In this document: in pieces, positions 58,703 to 64,000 of the stretch
How the letters are laid out: each line of letters starts with the position of its first letter
How positions within the stretch are numbered: the first letter of the stretch is position 1
From: Anaeramoeba ignava BMAN
Lineage: Eukaryota > Protista > Anaeramoebae
Direction: 5' to 3'
Length of the DNA: 64,000 nt
Assembly (NCBI GenBank): GCA_028826165.1
Contig: JAPDFW010000068.1
Coordinates: forward strand, 372,001 to 436,000
Made by a program: the position numbers and the translations under genes
Notes under the pieces: generated by a model
Seen by the model: only the letters and a program-made list of their open reading frames with translations
Database searches by the model: none
Told to the model about the DNA's origin: nothing

Positions 58703-61700
58703 ATGTCAAGATCAACAAAAGATATTTACAACGAAAAAGACATAACAAAATTACCTCAATGGATTCAAACACAAATACGAGTAAGAATTAAAATAGTTTA
58801 ATGATTAAAAATAATAAAAATAAAATAAGATCCAAAACAAATAAACAACAACAACAAATTTCAATAAAAAAAAGCAAAATTATAAATTAAATTATAAATT
58901 AAATTATAAATAAAATTATAAATAAAATTATAAATTAAATTATAAATTAAATTATAAATAAAAATATAAATAAAATTATAAATAAAAATATAAATAAAAA
59001 TAATAAATTAAATTATAAATTAAATTATAAATTAAATTATAAATTAAATTATAAATTAAATAATAAATTAAATTATAAATAAAATTATTAATAAAATTAT
59101 AAATTAAATAATAAATAAAATAATAAATAAAATAATAAATAAAATTATAAATCAAATTATAAATAAAATTATAAAATTAAATTATAAATTAAATTATAAA
59201 TAATATTATAAATAAAAAAATATAAATTAAATTATAAATTAAATTATAAATTAAATTATAAATAAAATTATAAATAAAAATATAAATAAAAATAATAAAT
59301 TAAATTATAAAATTAAATTATAAATTAAATTATAAATTAAATTATAAATTAAATAATAAATAAAATTATATATAAAATTATAAACAAATTATAAATTAAA
59401 TTATAAATAAAATTATAAATAAAAATAATAAATAAAAATAATAAATAAAATTATAAATTAAATTATAAATAAAATTATAAATAAAATTATAAATTAAATA
59501 ATAAATAAAATTATAAATTAAATAATAAATAAAATTATAAATAAATTATAAATAAAATTATAAATAAAATTATAAATAAAAATATAAATAAAATTATAAA
59601 TAAAATTATAAATTAAATTATAAATAAAAATATAAATTAAATTATAAATAAAATTATAAATTAAATTATAAATAAAATTATAAATTAAATTATAAAATAA
59701 AATTATAAATTAAATTATAAATAAAATTATAAACTAAATTATAAATAAAATAATAAATTAAAAATTATAAATTAAATTATAAATAAAATTATAAATAAAA
59801 TTATAAATTAAATTATAAATTAAATTATAAATAAATTTATAAATAAAATTATAAATAAAAAATAATAAATTAAATTATAAATAAAATTATAAATAAAATT
59901 ATAAATTAAAAATTATAAATTAAAATTATAAATAAAATTATAAATAAAATTATAAATTAAATTATAAATAAAATTATAAATAAAAAATATAAATTAAATT
60001 ATAAATAAAATAATAAAATTATAAATAAAATTATAAATTAAATTATAAATAAAATTATAAATTAAAATTATAAATAAAAATTATAAATAAAATTATAAAT
60101 AAAATTATAAATAAAATTATAAATAAAATTATAAATAAAATTATTAATAAAATTATAAATTAAATTATAAATAAAATTATAAAATAAAAATATAAATAAA
60201 AATTATAAATAAAATTATAAATAAAATTATAAATTAAATTATAAAATTAAATTATAAATAAAAATTATAAATTAAATAATAAATTAAATTATAAATTAAA
60301 AATTATAAATAAAATTATAAATAAAAAAATAAATAAAAATTATAAATAAATTATAAATTAAATTATAAATTAAATTATAAATAAAAATTATAAATAAAAT
60401 TATAAATTAAATTATAAATTAAATTATAAATAAAATTATAAATTAAAAATAATAAATAAAATTATAAATTAAATTATAAAATAAAATTATAAAATAAAAT
60501 TATAAATAAAATTATAAATAAAATTATAAATAAAATTATAAATAAAATTATAAATAAAATTATAAATAAAATTATAAATAAAAAATAATAAATAAAATTA
60601 TAAATTAAATTATAAATAAAATTATAAATTAAATTATAAATTAAAATTATAAATAAAAATTATAAATAAAATTATAAATAAAATTATAAAAATAAAATTA
60701 TAAATTAAATTATAAATTAAATTATAAATTAAATTATAAATAAATAAATTTATAAATAAAATTATAAATAAAATTATAAATAAAATTATAAATTAAATTA
60801 TAAAATAAAATTATAAATAAAAATTATAAATAAAAATATAAATAAAATTATAAATAAAAATAATAAATAAAATTATAAATTAAATTATAAATTAAATTAT
60901 AAATAAAATTATAAATTAAATTATAAATTAAATTATAAATAAAATTATAAATAAAATTATAAATAATATTATAAATAAAATTATAAATAAAATTATAAAT
61001 AAAATTATAAATAAAATTATAAATAAAATTATAAATAAAATTATAAATAAAATTATAAATTAAATTATAAATAAAAATATAAATTAAATTATAAATAAAA
61101 ATATAAATAAAATTATAAATTAAATTATAAATAAAATAATAATTTTGGATTAAATTTTTTAAATTAGGTTTTTACTCGTTGGTGTAATTTACATCTTCAA
61201 AAAAGAAATCTTCAAATTGAAGACGCAAGAACAGACTTTGCAAGTGGTGTAATTTTAATAAATTTAATGGAAATTTTAGCAATAAAAAAATGTCCTCAAA
61301 GATATAGTCCTCGCCCAAGAGTTTATGCTCAAAAACTTGAGAATTGTAAAATTGGAATCGATTTTGTTGATTCAGAAAGATTACCAAAAGAACCTCGTCT
61401 TGTCAATGTTGGTGGTGAAGGTTTGTTTCAAAATCAAATTTAAATTAAAATCAAAATCAAAATCAAAATCAAAATCAAAATCAAAATTAAAGTTAAAATC
61501 AAAATTAAAATCAAATTTAAATTTAAAATCAAAATCAAAATCAAAATCAAAATCAAAATCAAAATCAAAATCAAAATCAAAATCAAAATCAAATTTAAAT
61601 TTAAAATCAAATTAAAATTAAAATTAAAATCAAAATCAAAATCAAAATCAAAATCAAAATCAAAATCAAAATCAAAATCAAAATCAAAATCAAAATCAAA

Positions 61701-64000
61701 ATTAAAATTAAAATTAAAATTAAAATTAAAATTCAAAATCAAAATTAAAATTAAAATTAAAATCAAAATCAAAATTAAAATTAAAATTAAAAAGATTTAA
61801 TCAAGGAAAATTTAAAGATTATTTTGGGATTAATCTGGATTTTGATTCGAAGATATCAAATTTCACAGGGAGACGATTCAGAAACAAATTCAACACAAAA
61901 GATGATGCTTGAATGGATTCTATCAAGAATAAATGATTTTGGAGTTCAAATTCGAAATTTAACAGATGAGTAAAAATCACAACAAAAAAAAAATAAATAA
62001 TAATAATTTAATAACAATAAAAATTATTTATTTATAAAATTTAGTTTAAATGATGGAATTGCTCTTTGTTGTTTGGTTGAAAAGCAAAAACCAGGAAATA
62101 TCCAAATTTCCCAATTATCAAAGGTTTCTATTCTTTGATTTTCTTTTTGAAAATTAACTCAAATCCATTTTCCCCAAATTATTTTTTATATAATAAAGGA
62201 TAATGCTCAAGAAAATCTCGGACTCGCATTTGATAAAGCAAATGAATTAATGGAAATACCAAAACTACTTGAACCAAAAGATCTTTTAACTGATTCAATA
62301 GATGCTTTATCAGTCTTAACTTATTTATCATATTTTCGAAATTATTCATTAAATAATGTAATATTTGATTTAATATTTTGAGGTGATTTCATTCATTTAA
62401 TTATGAATTTATCAATTTATTTTATTTTTTTAAAAAAAATAGCCTGATGAAATTAAAAGAGAATTTGAAGATAAAGAACCTGAAAAAATTGAAGAAATTG
62501 AAGTTGAACCCAAATTAAATGAAATTGAATTAAAATGGAAAGAACCTAAAAATGAAGGAAGTGAAATTGAAAAATATGAAATTGAAGTTAATAATGAAAT
62601 TATTGCAGAAAGTAAAAAACCAGAATTTATTATTGAAAATATAAAACCATCAGAAAATTATTCAATAAGAATAAGAGCTAAAAATTCCAAAGGAGAAGCA
62701 GAATGGAGTGATGAAATTAAAACTAAAACTGAAGATAAAGAACCTGAAAAGATACGAGAAATTGAAGTTGAACCCAAATTAAATGAAATTGAATTAAAAT
62801 GGAAAGAACCCAAAAATGAAGGAAGTGAAATTGAAAAATATGAAATTGAAGTAAATAATGAAATTATTGCAGAAAGTGAAAAACCAGAATTTATTATTGA
62901 AAATTTAAAACCATCAACAAATTATTCAATAAGAATAAGAGCTAAAAATTCCAAAGGAGAATCAGAATGGAGTGATGAAATTAAAACTAAAACAAAAAAC
63001 AAAAAACCTGAAAAGATACGAGAAATTGAAGTTGAACCCAAATTAAATGAAATTGAATTAAAATGGAAAGAACCTAAAAATGAAGGAAGTGAAATTGAAA
63101 AATATGAAATTGAAGTAAATAATGAAATTATTGCAGAAAGTAAAAAACCAGAATTTATTATTGAAAACATAAAACCATCAACAAATTATTCAATAAGAAT
63201 AAGAGCTAAAAATTCCAAAGGAGAAGCAGAATGGAGTGATGAAATTAAAACCAAAACTGATGATAAAGAACCTGAAAAGATACGAGAAATTGAAGTTGAA
63301 CCTAAATTAAATGAAATTGAATTAAAATGGAAAGAACCTAAAAATGAAGGAAGTGAAATTGAAAAATATGAAATTGAAGTTAATAATGAAATTATTGGAG
63401 AAAGTAAAAAACCAGAATTTATTATTGAAAATTTAAAACCATCAACAAATTATTCAATAAGAATAAGAGCTAAAAATTCCAAAGGAGAAGCAGAATGGAG
63501 TGATGAAATTAAAACTAAGACAAAAAACAAAAAACCTGAAAAGATAGAAGAAATTGAAGTAGAACCCAAATTAAATGAAATTGAATTAAAATGGAAAGAA
63601 CCCAAAAATGAAGGAAGTGAAATTGAAAAATATGAAATTGAAGTTAATAATGAAATTATTGGAGAAAGTAAAAAACCAAAATTTATTATTGAAAACATAA
63701 AACCATCAGAAAATTATTCAATAAGAATAAGAGCTAAAAATTCCAAAGGAGAAGGAGAATGGAGTGATGAAATTAAAACTAAAACAAAAAACAAAAAACC
63801 TGAAAAGATACGAGAAATTGAAGTAGAACCCAAATTAAATGAAATTGAATTAAAATGGAAAGAACCTAAAAATGAAGGAAGTGAAATTGAAAAATATGAA
63901 ATTGAAGTAAATAATGAAATTATTGCAGAAAGTGAAAAACCAGAATTTATTATTGAAAACATAAAACCATCAGAAAATTATTCAATAAGAATAAGAGCTA
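58703..64000 (+). CDS. Tandem calponin-homology actin-binding domain followed by near-identical FN3 repeats (3'-partial)
   Basis: Spliced WIQTQIR/VFTRWCNLHL, DFASGVILINLMEIL, LKIILGLIWILIRRYQI, LNDGIALCCLV, IPKLLEPKD, SVLTYLSYF. Introns include 58781-61167 and 61421-61794. An open exon from 62443 encodes 88-aa FN3 units. Not in the ORF track. Confidence 0.88.
58880..61140 (+). repeat. 2.3-kb intronic 11-mer-based repeat (AAATTATAAAT) lacking G
   Basis: Read directly, inside intron 58781-61167. Confidence 0.9.
62476..64000 (+). repeat. Coding tandem repeat, 264-bp (88-aa) FN3 unit, 5 full copies plus 1 partial
   Basis: Units start near 62476, 62740, 63004, 63268, 63532 and 63796: EPEKIREIEVEPKLNEIELKWKEPKNEGSEIEKYEI...YSIRIRAKNSKGEAEWSD. 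Confidence 0.95.

Noticed and set aside
62922-63962. Three repeated 82-aa minus-strand ORFs
   Set aside because: Antisense shadows of the plus-strand FN3 repeats.
1-64000. tRNA, rRNA, transposase or reverse-transcriptase genes
   Set aside because: None recognisable by eye; tRNAscan-SE and Infernal would be needed to exclude small RNAs.

Overview
Extremely AT-rich, gene-dense, intron-containing eukaryotic DNA (standard code, GT-AG introns). The expanded ANK-BTB, RCC1-BTB and BTB-BACK-TLDc families, QN/EN microsatellite-coded tracts and TCATTT motifs beside start codons suggest an anaerobic metamonad such as Anaeramoeba (inference, not tested). I can support about 16 protein genes: SPT6 with an internal array of 20 GW motifs; two giant intronless ankyrin-BTB genes; an ARM-repeat gene built from duplicated exon-intron units; an RCC1-BTB gene; BCD1/ZNHIT6; a beta-helix protein ending in a CaaX-like motif; an RGS-DH-PH-MORN protein; eIF2-alpha; an intron-rich ankyrin-BTB gene; a MED24/MED5-like protein; a GPI-anchored propeller/Cys-rich/FN3 surface protein; a TPR-like protein; two BTB-BACK-TLDc paralogues flanking a GT61 glycosyltransferase; and a CH-CH-FN3-repeat protein. 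The standout is the ankyrin-BTB gene at 36671-39373. Its ankyrin beta-hairpin tip residues (the variable target-binding 'xx' of D-x-x-G) appear to be encoded by their own micro-exons: eight of 3 nt and one of 6 nt, all flanked by phase-0 GT-AG introns. Many genes carry single-base frameshifts in homopolymer runs, most likely long-read assembly errors. Exon boundaries were read by eye and need RNA confirmation.
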